Below, piece by piece: positions 12,501-24,957 of a DNA stretch of 64,000 nt. The translations under genes were made by a program, and so were the position numbers. Under the pieces are notes generated by a model. It was not told the DNA's origin, did not search any database, and saw only the letters and a list, made by a program, of their open reading frames with translations. The stretch comes from Amphiscolops sp. MND2022 (taxonomy: Eukaryota): contig OZ076409.1 of the NCBI GenBank assembly GCA_964187785.1, positions 35,156,001-35,220,000 on the forward strand, in the 5' to 3' direction. How positions within the stretch are numbered: the first letter of the stretch is position 1; each line of letters starts with the position of its first letter.

Positions 12501-15500
12501 CTTTTAAAGACGTTCTTATTTGAGAATGAACAATTGAATTAGCTCCAAAATTTTCATTGGAACACTGCTGTGAAATGTATAAAACAATTCGCTCGTATTT
12601 CTCAAAAGTGTACGGTTCGCTTTTTTCACAACTACGGGTTACGGGTTACGGTTTGGCACTACGGTTTTCGGTCCACGGTCTAAAAATCCTACACCCCAGC
12701 TGATGCATATTGAAACTCGCAGAACTTCGTGGCTTGAAATTCCCGCCAAAACTTTGATGATTCTTTTAAGCAGCTTGATAAAAGTTGGCGACAACAGGGA
12801 AATAATAACGCATTAAAGTTTCCGTAAGATATTTAGAAAATCATAGAAAAAGTTGCTGGCAACATTAAAGTACATGTAAAAAGTTCAAGCATGTTCAACA
12901 AGGGCGTGTACTCTTTTTCCTAAATGCCAGATCGGGCAGAAATCCCCTTCTTCCTCTTTTTTCTCGGGCAAAATCATCTTCATCAGTTTCAATTTCTGTC
13001 TGGGAGGGAGTTATGTGACCGAATAAGTTCGACCATCCAGCATTCTTTTTTGTGTCAGCAGTTTCCCACTTTGACATTTCCATTTTGTGTCATCTGTTGT
13101 GCAGTTGGTGAAATAGTGTTTCACAATGGATTTCAAATCTTGGCCTTGCATGATTGAATAATAAAAGGAGGCTTGCAGTGTAATAGTGTACACTTTGTAA
13201 AACAAACCAACTCTGAAATTTACACACTTGATGAGTTCCGTATGCGCTAAAACAAACAGAGCAATATATTGCAATACAGTGCTGTGTCTAACAATAAACG
13301 AAACAACATACAATAAATTAATTGCAATGAAACATTGCACTACATTGCAATTAATTGCAATGCAAGTACTATTTGGCCATCCCTGCTTGGAAAGTATTGA
13401 AATCATAATAATAACGAACTAATCCGATTATCAAACATTTGGAAATGTGTGTAATTGACTTCGACGATCCTCAGATGCTAATATCACACGCCAAATACCA
13501 AATTACTGTCTACCCTTTTATTATTTAGCTGCATGCATGCAAAAAACGTTGAGTAATTGCACAAAAAAATTCGATAATGTAGATTTTGAAATGAAATTAA
13601 GATTGAAATGAATAAAATGAAATTCCAAAGAAATGTATTTTTTTTAGAAATCTCTGACGCTCTTTTTATTCGGCGCTTTTCAAGAAAAGGAAGAAAGGTG
13701 CCGATTCTTACAGTGGGTAGTTTTTTAGACGCGTAAGGTCCACTTTTTAGTTCATTTGTTCAACAATTTGAACTACGGACGTTCAAAACACTCGAACTTC
13801 AAAAGCTCGTCCAAAACGAAAAAAAAAACAAAACCGAAGTCCAGAATCTCAAAAACATACTAAGCATCCTTCCTTTGGCTGTCTTGGTGTTTTTCACTTC
13901 GATTTTTTTGGCACTATGAGACTATTTTCGAAAATTTTTGGATTGCACCAAGGTTCCCCCTTTAATTTTTTTGATATTTTGCAACAGAATGGACGTTAAA
14001 AAATCGCACAGGGTCCCATCTTCTACATTTTTCGGCACTTTTTTCTGATCTCAATTTTTGCCATTGAGATTTTTCAAATTGATTATTTTTCGATTTGAAA
14101 TTTGGTTTTCTCAGTGAACCAGCACGCTTTATCCGAATTTTGTTTTTTTTAAGGTATTATGCGACTATTTTCCTATTTGTTTTTATCAAAGCCCCTCGAC
14201 GTTTACTAGAAACGAAACGTTTTGCGAGCATAGATGACTCCTTTGGGTTTTCGGCACTATGCGACATTTTCTCAAAATATCGGATTTTTTTCAAAAATGT
14301 GTTTTTCCTAGTTGGGGGCAAAGTGGTTTCCGACTCTCATCGAGCATGACAGGCATCCTTTGGGTGTCTCAAAACTGTTTTCTGAGCTTTTCGTAAAAAC
14401 GTCTTGGCATATTTTAAAAACTTTGCGCTTTTTGTGCCTTAGATATAGCGCTGACTTTAGACGTTCCCTTCTTGTTTTCTTTTAGCATTCACAAAATTTG
14501 TGCAAAAATTCAGAAATAGCACAAAAGTTTTAAAAAATAGTTTTATAATTTGGCAGTTTTTTTTATTTTCAGGCACGTTCCTCCTGAAAGTTGAAATATC
14601 GGCATTCATAAATCAGTATATTTCTTCATTCATATTTCAATATATAATTAGATTACTGCAAAAATTGGAAAAATCACCTCCTGAGATGGATGATCCATTG
14701 ATGAAACTGAACATCGTGAATCCGTAAATACAAACTTCGAGAAAACAAATAATCGTTCTTAGATCCATATTATCGGTAAGCCAACCAAAGAAATTTTGAT
14801 GATTCTGAAAGTTTTCTACAGGGGAGAATTTTTTCTTAGCATTTTTTCTCACATGTGTTTTTGGATTACTTTATTTTTACCTTGTTTCATGGCAACGGCA
14901 AATGGACCCACTGAGTTGAAGTTGAATGAAATACTTAGTTAAACCTTTAATAATTGACTGCCACTTTGAAAGATTAAGGTATACTTATTCAATTATGTTT
15001 GTCCGTACACACCCTATCCTTGTTAATTGCCGCACCCACAATTATTTATTGCGTAGGGGGAGGAAAATCGCCATCTATGTAGCGTTTTATTCCAAATTCT
15101 GCCGAATCTCCACTTTATTCCAAATTCTGTCAAATCTTTATTGTTCCATTTAGATACTGTAGTTACTTATTCCCGTTTGTCCCAGCACGCTTTGTCCGAA
15201 CGTTTGACGTTATATCCGAAATAAATTGCGTTTACCAAGGTGAAACGGAAGCTCGAAATTATTGCACTATATCTGAATTTTGACTTTAAATCCGAAGTAT
15301 ATTGAGTTTCACTAAGGAGGTGGTGGAGGTTCCAAAAAACGCTCCCATTTGGCCCAGCACGCTATATCCGAATTTTTGCCGTTAGATCCGAAGTAAATTG
15401 CGTTCTACTAAAGAAGAAGTGGGTGCTCTAAAATATTGCACCCCTTCGAAAAAGTCTGTTTTGGGTGTTTTCGGTGCTAAGAAATTGAGAACTTGTTCGA

Positions 15501-18500
15501 AAGAGAATCCTTGACGCTTTGAAGTACTTTTGCTCTTTTTGAGCCATGTGGGGGAGCCGGCTTACGCCGTTCCAGGCTTCTGTCTGCTACCCCAGGCAAT
15601 ACGTCGCTTTCGCTAAACTTTTTTTGCTCATTTGAGTAGTGTGGCTGACTTTCGAGCATCGCGTTCGCCATACATTTTTTTGCAACACGAGTGTGACCGA
15701 AAATATTTCGATGCTTAGTGGGCGTCTTTTCCGTTGACAAAGGATCGAGTTAACAATGAGTATTGCAAACTCGTTCTACTCCAACACTACATGGCGCAGT
15801 TAGAATCCGACTCTAAATGCGAATCGCAGTCAAATCTCCAGTTGCTCAAATTGCTCAAAGGCTTCGGACAAATCTGAAGAATCCAGCAGCAACACATTGC
15901 TAATTCAGACACTGGGAGCATCAACCAGCGACGGTACAAGGACGATAAAACGTTTTAACGCAACGCAAAAAAAGTTAACTATACCGTGCCGAGCGAAACT
16001 AGAAAGAACCAGTGCAAAATCTGGCGGAAGAGAAAAACCCAATACGTCGACACGGTATAAAAAATCCTTTAACAACACGGAACAAGACTAAACGACGGAA
16101 CCAACTACCTTTTTGTCTCGGCTGTCGATCAATCAGCCTCTATCGAAATAACGGCTCCTTTATTTCCTGGAGAGAAACAGATATCACAGCAGCTTTGTTT
16201 CGATGTCATTCGAAGGGACTCGAGTGAATCGGCAATTGACATGGAAAAGGCGACTTGGAATAGAGAAACCCTGCGATTTCGAACAAAAGATACATTTACT
16301 GCCCTGGAAGTTTTCTCACTGATAGGCAAGTCATTTGAGGATTGCGAAGTGAATTAAGACGGGAACGTCCCAATTCGCCGCCAAATGTAAGGCTCAAAAA
16401 TATTCAAGGAACAACTATTGGAAACATTTAGATAAAACTAATAAAATCATGTATTTTTTATTTAAAAAAGTCGCATCCCGAAAAACTCAAAAAAGAGGCC
16501 ATTTAGTCTCATTAAACGTTTTTACAAACCGAAAATTTCAAAAAAAGGAAAGGAGATACCCTTTGATAGAATTCGAAAAATTTCGAAAAAAAGTCGCATA
16601 GTGCCGAAAAAACCCAAAGGGGGACCCCTTTCGTCTCGCCTCTACTTTTGGAAGCATAAAAAAATTTGTGGTTTAGTGCGAGAATCGGACCCACGATCTC
16701 CCGCTTCTCAGAAAATTAGTTGAACAAATGAACAAAAGATTGTAAAAAAAGTGGACCATTCAGAGTGAGATTGTCAGCTGAACAAAACTACCCACTGCGA
16801 TAGTCGGAGTTTTTTCCTTAAGGGAAAGGGCGCCGACTAAAGAAAAACGTATTAAAACGAACAGCAAGAAAATCGAATCTATAACAGGCCAAACGTGAAT
16901 ACATGTATGAAACACTGAGCGAATCAAGAAACAATGGGTGTAAAAAAACTTAGCGGGAAAATGACAACAGGAACGTACCAATCGAAGCCAAAGTTGAAGA
17001 ATTGAAATTTTTCTGTTGCCCAAGGGCGCACAAACAGCAACTTAGAGATTGAGAACAAGATTAGTACTAGAGCATCGAATAATTATCAAATGCAAAATTT
17101 TCCTATAAAGTTTTATCAGTTACATTCATCAGCTAGTCATACTTGTTGTCGCTAGGGTAGTTATAGAAAAAATTTGGTAACAGTTCTTTACGCTTATCGT
17201 CGAAGCTCTCCCATTTCAAAGCAAGATGATACTCATGCGTTTTACATCGAGGCTCACAAAAGGGGCAGGACTAGACTGGAAAATTTAGGAAATCCAATTT
17301 TACAGTTGGTGGAGCAGCTGCAGCACACCTAAAGTTTGCTAGTTTTACTCTATTTGATTCTAATAGAGTTTCTAAATAGAGTTCAAATACAAGTCGGTTT
17401 TTATATAGACGGTGGATATCGCATAGAGAGTTGCTTTGAAGAACAATCTGCATAGACCTAAAAACTAGATCTTGACATTTTGTTTTGATGAACTTATCAA
17501 ACTCGTAATCGTATACTACAGACCTATTCTTTTTTCAACGGGATTCCACAATTTATCAGAATATGCATAATTTGTAAATGCCATTGTGTGGCTCCGTTTG
17601 TATTTTTTTACCTACGAAAGACAACTCATGATAGTTTATCGTGTGATTTACTAACGTTTTCCCAGCAATTTATCGTTCTTTTCCTTTGGGTAAATTTAAA
17701 TTCATGGCGACCCAATTCTCTGTATACCATAGCCTTGAGTGCGCTTTTACGTGTTTCCCGCATCCGTGACAAAACTTTCCTGTGAAACACTTCAATTTGT
17801 TCAATGGTCTCGTAACCCCACAGTTCACAACCGTACAGCAGAGCCGGCAGTTTGAGGCTATCAAGGATGAAGCCTTGCTTTCACTTGTAGATCCACTTTA
17901 CTCAAAAGAATGTCAACTTTTAACAGAGCTTTTTTCGACTTGTCGATATTACGCTTCATCGCGGCTTGAAACGTGTTTTTTTATCTGACAATAATCCCTG
18001 GGTAACAAAAAAAATCCCCTCAGTTGTTTGGCCGTGAGCAGTGATAGCATGATACGTTCAAATTTTACGTCGCGAGAAGTTCTTGTATTTAGTGTTACCA
18101 GTATTCATACACCTGTTGTTCACCTCGCAGTAGCTTAATGTTGCATTAATAGCGTTCTGCATATCCTCAGCAGTTTCACTAAAAAGTAGGGTGTCATCAG
18201 CATACAAAAGCACGTAGAGCTTCAGGCAACCTGCTTATTCATTTCTTCATAATTGAGTCTCATACCTGTGAACTTTGAGCTAACATCGTTCGTTAGGATG
18301 ATGAATAGCAGAGGCGGAAGGTTGTCACCCTGTCTGACTCCCACGCGACTTTCAAATACATCTGTTGGGAATCTGTTGAAATCGACGCAAGATTCTGTTT
18401 TCCGTTTAAATTTTTTGATAACTGAAAATACTTCTCCATCAAAATCATACTGGCCAAGTTTTTCCAAAGAAGGGAATGATCAACTCGGTCGAAGGGTTTC

Positions 18501-21500
18501 TCATAGCCGACAATAGTCACAAATAGTCTTTTCTTTTCGGCAAGATAAATCGATATTATGGCATGTAGGACAAAGGCGTAATAGCAGCAGCTCATATTTT
18601 TTCCCTAAAACCAGCCTGCCTTTCCTAGAACTTTTTTTATTCTTCAACTCTTTTTCAATTCTTTCAGTGATGAGGGAAGTGAAAAGCTGACGCAAACAAC
18701 CGGCAAAAGAAATATGCCTATTATTATTTGGATCTTTCTTGTCTCCCTTCATATAGAGAATTCGATATATAGAGAGGGTCCAGTCATTCGGTACATCGCC
18801 ACTTTCTAATATCTTACTTAACATTCGAGTTTGCAATGTAAACAAACTTTCATTGACTTTTTTCAAAAATTCTGGAAACACATCATCATGACCAGCTGAT
18901 TTACTATTCCACATTTTCTTCAGACAGGCAGTGAATTCTTCCACCGAAACGGTTTTGTTAATAGTGGTTCAATTATTAGTTGTTTCGCATGAACGATAAT
19001 CGTGATAACTGCGATGAGGGCTCGTGACACTGTTGAGACTTTTGAAGTGGTCAAACAGAACAGATTTTACTATCAGTTTTTTCCTTACCTAAAGAAGAGA
19101 AAGACATTTTCCCTATTTCTTTGCGAAAATTGTTTTCATGTGAAATAATCTTCATTTTTAGTAGCTGCTTGACTGTGTTGAAATTACAGTATAATTTAAC
19201 AAGTTTCCTGCTGTTGCATATTTTCGGCAATTCTTGCAAGTTTGACGAGCTGCTTTCGACAAGTTGTTCTCACAAACTTTTTATTTAGTTTTTAATCATT
19301 TCAGTCAGTTGCATTTTGTTGAAACTCAGCAAGCATTGCAAACTTTTCCGTTTCGACTAGTGTAAAAACCAGCTCAAAATGGTTAGTCTTAGATGCACAA
19401 TGAAACTGCATTAAATAATAACCATTAATAACTTACGTCTTATAAACTCGTAGTCAGAAATTCTGAATTTAATTGGTTTTATCGGATCTTTTGAGCCAAA
19501 GTATCTGTTACGCTGAGAATTGTTGGTTAGAGATGCCATGAGCTTCCATTATCTCTCCGGTAAATTTTTGGTAGTTAACACAATTTCAATTTACCGAAAT
19601 TAACCTACGACATCAAAAATGTCGACAACTCTAAATTAAAAGTACAAAATTCTTTCACACATCAATTATAATGATACAAAAAATTGAGCACAACAAATAA
19701 TTTTTACATCATTTTAATGTGCTGCAACCAAGCATTTTTTGTTGTTATCAAAACTAAAACTGTAAATCCTTTTGACCAAAAAATCAGCAGCCTTGACATT
19801 CAAGTCTTCTGTTGTGGAGGCATAAGAAATGTAGACTATTTAGGAATTTTCTCCTACGAAGAAGACAAAAGGTTTCGTCCTAAATGTATGGCCATGTTTT
19901 GATGGCATATGATGTGGAAAGAAGTGAAAATTGAAAAACATTTTTGAAAAACTTGTCACTCAGTTTTATGCATGATGAGAGTCAGTACTTCATTTCCATC
20001 TAATCGGGGGTTGCTAATTGAACTTCAAATCGTGACATTGAATAATTTCTTTGCTTTTCTTACTATTCACTTTAAAATTATGGTTCTTTGTTTCCTTTTC
20101 CCTTGACTTTGATTTACGAAGCTGAATAAACACATGGAGGGTAACAAAGCTTTTTATGTACTTCGTGGCGAACATCTTGCTAAGGTGACAACAATTTTTG
20201 ATGGCTTCCTATAACATTTTTATTTTTCTCATAAACTGTCACCTCTCCTGGTTTTAATGAACTGTCATCGCCATAATTGGATTTAGTCGATTTTAATAAC
20301 AAATCAATTTCAATTATATTTGGGCATAAATGGATTATGGAGCCTCTATGTTTTTCCAGGAAGAAGTCTTGGACGTCTGCGACTACGAGCTTACCCCAGA
20401 ATTAATTGAAGGTGCTATTAACTTCACTTTGTTTTCCGTACAACACTGATAATATGGATTTAAGTCTTAAGACTAATTAGCAAACTTGCAGGTTTTCAAC
20501 CAAGGAATTCATACACAAATTATTGACAATCTTTTGAACACCCAAGATTTAATATGAAACAGTTATTGGAAATGGAAAAAATTACCCTCGTTCAAACTTA
20601 TTCATGGAAAAGTCAATTTTTGAGCAAAGTTTTAAATATTTGAGCAATGAATGCGTCATGGTGCACCCATTTGTGTCATTTGTGCCATTGCCTTTTTGGC
20701 AAGTATTGGCTGAGTACTTTTTGTTGTTTGCAGAGTGGAGAGAAGCGTTTTGGTTGTTCGACAGAGATGGGGATGGCACTATCACCACCAAGGAGATCAC
20801 GGCGGTCATGCGCAATTTGGGTCAGAATCCAACCGAGGAAGACATCACAGACATGATCAAGGAGGTCGACATAGACGGGTCAGGCTCCATCGACTTCGAG
20901 GAGTTTCTCTACATGATGGCCAAGAAGATGCGCGACACAGACTCCGAAGAGGAACTCAAGTCCGCCTTCAGGGTTAGTTGGTCACGCTTACATATGACAG
21001 TACTCTAATCAAATGATCACACCTGAATTGGAACCGAACCAACAAAAAATCCCGCAAAAATTGTTGTATAAATGCTACTTTCAACAAGTGAGTTGTTTTG
21101 ACCAATACCCATAATACTCAGGCTTGGAACAATTTGTAAAAGTTTATTTCCTTTTTTTTACTGATTTATGCCCTACTCTATTTGTTGAAACATTTCACGC
21201 CTCTTTTGTCGCTCAAGGGTTTTTTTCCAAAATTGCTTGGAGCTGATCACATTTGGGAGAATAATTATTCAATTTGAAAAACTGTTTTCATAATTTCATT
21301 CTCTTCCAAGGCCATGATTAGTAAAGAACAAGCCGGGAACAGCATAAGTCGGTGCCATACCTAAGTCTGCGCCTAAAAACCCAAAAGTTGGACCGAACTG
21401 GCGCACTAAAAGGCGAACCCTTTCGGATTTTTAACACCCATTTTGTTGCAAAATATCAAAAAAACTGAAAGGGGACGCTTTAGTAACATTAGAAATTTTT

Positions 21501-22930
21501 TGAAAAGAGTTTCACTATGCCGAAAAAAAGTAAAAGGGGTCTCGCCCAGTATTGTATGTTACGCTGAAAAAAGGAACAACCTTTATAGTTCAGTTCACTG
21601 GGCCGAATGGTCCAATTTGATACCTTAGAATTTCGTATGACTTTGTAGAATTATTTTGGCCTGTTCGTAAGGATTGAAAAAGTGTCACTAGTATAGTCGC
21701 GTTTCACTTCATGAAGCGCCGACTAAAAACAATGGTTCCACGAGTCAAAATTATTAAATGATATCATCCAATTCGTGCAACTTCGCTGTACTTTAGCTCT
21801 CAGTGTGTTTGCTGTTTGTTTTTCAGGTTTTCGACAGAGACAACGACGGCAGGCTCACAGTTGAGGAGATGCGGAGTGTATTGGAAACTATGGGCGGTAA
21901 AATGAGTCCAGAAGAGGTCACTTTCACTTTTTTTAAAGAAACGCTATTACTTTATTTTTATGTCTATTATACTTTTCGCTTGGTCCATTCATTTCGGGGA
22001 CATTTCAGCTGCATTTCAGATAGAAGAGGTGATCAGGGAAGGTCTGGACTCCAACGGGTACATCAGCTATGACACCTCCTTCCGACTGTGGTGTCCCTCC
22101 AACGAGAAGTTCTGGGAGAACATCGCCAAGGACTTCCGCGAACAGAAAAAACTTAAATCTCAAGGAGGATTCATAGCTCGACTTTTCAGGTAGGACAAAA
22201 GACCGATTCTATCTATCGTAACATTCTAGTTCCTGCTGCTGTCGTTGGAATAACGAGTCATATATTTCTTGTTTTAAATTTGGTAGTATGCTCAGTTACA
22301 CAGAAAACACATATAATGCACCAAAGTTTATCAGTCTTTCACATATATTTCCTAATTTTTATTTCTGCGGAAACTTTTTTGAAAGCGTAAATGCAAAAAT
22401 TCATTCAGCTTACTTTTAGCATTGCCGAATATCCATTTAGCCGAAAATCAAAAGGTTTAATTTAGCTCTATAATTCAACTCTATAATTCGAGAAGAACAG
22501 TGTTTTTCCGTAAATGTCTAATGAAAAAGTTATGAGTTACAAACTGAAAATCTTAAAATCTTCCAATGGTTTTAGATCATTGACCCCTCGCAAGCCATTC
22601 AGCAGAATGGGAAACTACCTCAGCAGCACCGTGATGAGACGCACCTACTCCACGACCAGACGAAACCGTGCCAACAGGGCAGATGACACCCTCCGAGAGG
22701 ACAGCAAGACAGGGGCACATGTGTCAGAGGTCATCCACGAGGAACAAGAAGAGTCAGGGGGTGGGGCTGGCGAGCCGAGGTCACCTATAGACTTCGGTCA
22801 CGTGGTAGACATGGTGCTCACTCGACCTGTAACCAGTCTCAAGAGTGAAACTGGTCTGGACGAAATTGAACTCGAGGAAGAAAACTGCGAGTTTGATAGT
22901 TTCTTGAACGCCGCAAAGTCTATGAGATGA
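9256..22930 (+). CDS. Calmodulin-like EF-hand protein with long N- and C-terminal extensions; 7 coding exons, about 439 aa
   Basis: Exons 9256-9533, 10482-10617, 20360-20411, 20734-20972, 21827-21916, 22020-22189, 22576-22930. All introns are GT-AG with matching phases (2,0,1,0,0,2) and the total of 1320 nt gives 439 aa plus stop. Core [29 protein letters not shown]...[12 protein letters not shown]...[16 protein letters not shown] is clearly calmodulin-like. Linkage of exons 1-2 across a 9.7-kb intron is inferred from phase only. Confidence 0.75.
9672..10281. mobile_element. Helentron/DINE-1-like non-autonomous element (family H copy)
   Basis: ACAAGCCGGGAACGGC hairpin end and CGCCAACTAAAA end, shared with other copies. 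Confidence 0.6.
10482..10617 (+). CDS. CaM-like gene, putative exon 2 (RSGLSGNSG...QSLNMK)
   Basis: Acceptor TGTAG ending 10481, donor AAG|GTTTTC at 10618; open in the frame required by exons 1 and 3. Confidence 0.6.
11530..13385. mobile_element. Non-autonomous hAT-type DNA transposon
   Basis: TIRs CAGGGATGGTCAAA / TTTGGCCATCCCTG; 8-bp TSD CTTGGAAA (11522-11529, 13386-13393); subterminal AATTGCAAT repeats at both ends. Confidence 0.88.
12268..12699. mobile_element. hAT-type MITE nested in the 11530-13385 element
   Basis: TIRs CTGGGGTGT / ACACCCCAG; 8-bp TSD CTGATGCA; subterminal TACGGTT repeats. Confidence 0.88.
13662..14478. mobile_element. Family H copy
   Basis: TTTTATTCGGCGCTTTT start and ...GCGCTGACTTTAGACGTTCCCTTCTTGTT end. 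Confidence 0.6.
16355..16842. mobile_element. Family H copy
   Basis: AAGACGGGAACGTCC...GGGCGCCGACTAAA with internal AAAGTCGCATAGTGCCGAAAA units. Confidence 0.65.
17150..19050 (-). mobile_element. 5'-truncated, decayed non-LTR retrotransposon (LINE ORF2: RT plus C-terminal region) in intron 2 of the CaM-like gene
   Basis: [51 protein letters not shown] (about 18180-18210), then [19 protein letters not shown] and a degenerate terminal Cys/His motif; many frameshifts. Confidence 0.9.
20360..20411 (+). CDS. CaM-like gene exon 3 ([17 protein letters not shown])
   Basis: Acceptor TTTTTCCAG and phase-1 donor G|GTGCTA. It corresponds to calmodulin ADQLTEEQIA, followed by an intron at the conserved calmodulin position. 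Confidence 0.85.
20734..20972 (+). CDS. CaM-like gene exon 4 (EF-hands 1 and 2 and central helix)
   Basis: TTTGCAG acceptor and AGG|GTTAGT donor; EF loops [12 protein letters not shown] and [12 protein letters not shown]; linker [14 protein letters not shown]. Confidence 0.95.
21327..21729. mobile_element. Family H copy in intron 4 of the CaM-like gene
   Basis: AACAAGCCGGGAACAGCATAAGTCGGTGCC...CTTCATGAAGCGCCGACTAAAAA. Confidence 0.7.
21827..21916 (+). CDS. CaM-like gene exon 5 (EF-hand 3)
   Basis: TTTTCAG acceptor; [30 protein letters not shown]; donor GAG|GTCACT. Confidence 0.9.
22020..22189 (+). CDS. CaM-like gene exon 6 (degenerate EF-hand 4 and start of C-terminal extension)
   Basis: TTTCAG acceptor; [44 protein letters not shown]...; donor AG|GTAGGA (reading through gives TAG at 22191-22193). 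Confidence 0.85.
22576..22930 (+). CDS. CaM-like gene putative last exon 7 (basic then acidic low-complexity tail)
   Basis: TTTTAG acceptor ending 22575; phase-2 join gives AGA; open frame (ORF 22514-22930) with coding-like GC content, ending TGA. Confidence 0.7.
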
Positions 22931-24297
22931 CTCATCAAGCCATTTCATTTTATTTACATGTTTTTGTAGTTTTCATTTTCTCCGTAGATTCAACTTTTTG
23001 GTAAATCACCTTTTACATCTTGAAAAAGGTGGATGAAGTTAACGGAACTATGGCAATGAGCAATTGATCAAGAACATCAGCTTTCAAAATAAATCATATC
23101 TCATCCGAAACCTAATCTGTCCCTAAACTGATGAAGTAAGCGCAGTTGACGTAACACTTACTCAAATAGAGTATGCCATGAAACAAAAAAGGGGTTAATA
23201 AAAAAACAACCAAAATAGGAGAACAAGGATCCCTTCACGGAACAACTTTTTGTTATAACCTAGAATTTCTTTGAAAACAAAAAATGGTCTTTAAGTGTTT
23301 TATGCAGATGTGATGAAGTCAATGTCGAAAAAAGATTAACTTCGTCTATTTTGCAGGTAATCATCTTATTCAAGAACTTATTCAAGAACTGAAGCTTGAG
23401 GAAACTTGTTAACACCATTCCGATGTCCTTACTGGTGATGTTGATTTAACAGCTGCGAGCAACGCCAACCATTTTCTTGACTTCTTTGCTTGTGTAGAAA
23501 AATTGAATATCGAGGGCCGAGAGTCTAACTCTATCAGAAAAAAATGTATGTGGTGGATAAGCGGTGGAGATCATTACCTGAAATGTTTTTCACTTTTTGT
23601 GAGTGGAGTATCAAATAATTGATTCACAATGCCAAGAAAACAGCTGAATTCAGAAATCGAAACCAAATTCCAACATCGTGACTTTCATAGCTCAACAAAT
23701 CGGAAACTCAGCTATTAATTTTCAGCTGATTGAAACTTCCTCGAAGTCAAGAAAAATATTGGTTTTGAATATGGCCTAGAATTGAAAAACTTGCATTAGC
23801 AAAAATGGAAGAAAGGTTTCTTCCATAGTAGGATTTCGTTATAGGAAACGAAGTAATTTAAAACACAGTGCTATCGTTCAGCCTACCTGAAATACATTAT
23901 CCTCTTGAAGCTATGAGACTTTGGAACTAACCGCCTATAGAAATAAAACATGATTATTTAAACAGAACAGTAAAGAAAAAAAACCTTCATTTTCGGTCCC
24001 TAGATGCCAAAGATTGAACAACGTATGCAAGACTGAATCCGAAAATTTCGAGGAAATTTCGTTCCAAGACACGCGTGGTAGCACCAATGTTTTTCCGAGT
24101 TGTAAGCTAATGTTATAGCTATTTGTCTGTAAAATCTATATAAATAGCTTCTTAATAAAATACCTTCATTATAAATACCTTCTAATGAGGACACTACTGT
24201 AGCTCACATGTCTTTTTGGTATGCTTCGTCCAATTCTGGCGGGTAAATCTGATTTCTGCTAGGTAAATTGGGAGTGCTGAGTGTTCACGGGTGATAT

Positions 24298-24549
24298 CCC
24301 ATCGATCGGAGACATGGTACGCTTGCCAAGAACCATGGTAAATCGCTAGCTAGCCTTGCTAAGATCTTACCAAGATCTCGCCAAGGATACCATGATTATG
24401 CAAGATCGTACCAAGCGTACCATTTTTTACCACGATCTTGGTAAGGATGCCAAGATGAGCCATGATCTTGACAAGAGTAACATGATTAACCATGATTTAG
24501 CAAGATTAACCATAATCCTGGCAAGCGTAGCGTATCTTCGATCGCTGGG
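24298..24549. mobile_element. Small MITE with CCC...GGG ends and internal degenerate CATGATCTTG/CAAGAT repeats
   Basis: TIRs CCCATCGATCGGAGA / TCTTCGATCGCTGGG; AT dinucleotide on both flanks. Confidence 0.7.
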
Positions 24550-24957
24550 ATGGTTCACGCTAATTGAGAAACGCTATCTATTCGCGGTTCCGTTTAAATA
24601 GTGGCTGTAATGCAAGACCGTCTAATGCGGAAGTGTCCGAAGACCCTTAACAGAAGTTCGTGCTCCTTTTTGCCATATTTTTTTTCGGTATCAGATAAAA
24701 CTTATTGCGAATCCAACCTGTTATAGTTGATTGCCCGGTTGTTCAGGCCGCCATTAGTTGTAGCATCAATTATCAGGACATCCTGGTAAAATCATACTGA
24801 ACTAAATACGATTTCTCCGTAGTTTTTGTTTTCAGCGAATGTTAGGCTGTCCAAAGATTTATGTTATCCGTTACCAAACATTGTCTCAGTATCCGTTTGC
24901 GATACTAAAATATCGCTATAGTTGGACAGGTACTGAAAACAATTTCCACGCTTTATT

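Noticed and set aside
15600..16358. Coding-like intronic stretch with an open frame of about 80 codons ([14 protein letters not shown]...)
   Set aside because: No usable splice sites or motif found, and the gene model is complete without it; possibly a decayed TE ORF.
20604..21008. Calling the EF-hand gene true calmodulin
   Set aside because: Too many substitutions, a degenerate EF4 and long extensions; the ORF-track N-terminus (MEKSIF...) is intronic.
24320..24530. Short periodic repeats with an 81-aa ORF (24356-24601)
   Set aside because: Internal repeats of a MITE bounded by TIRs; neither coding nor CRISPR.
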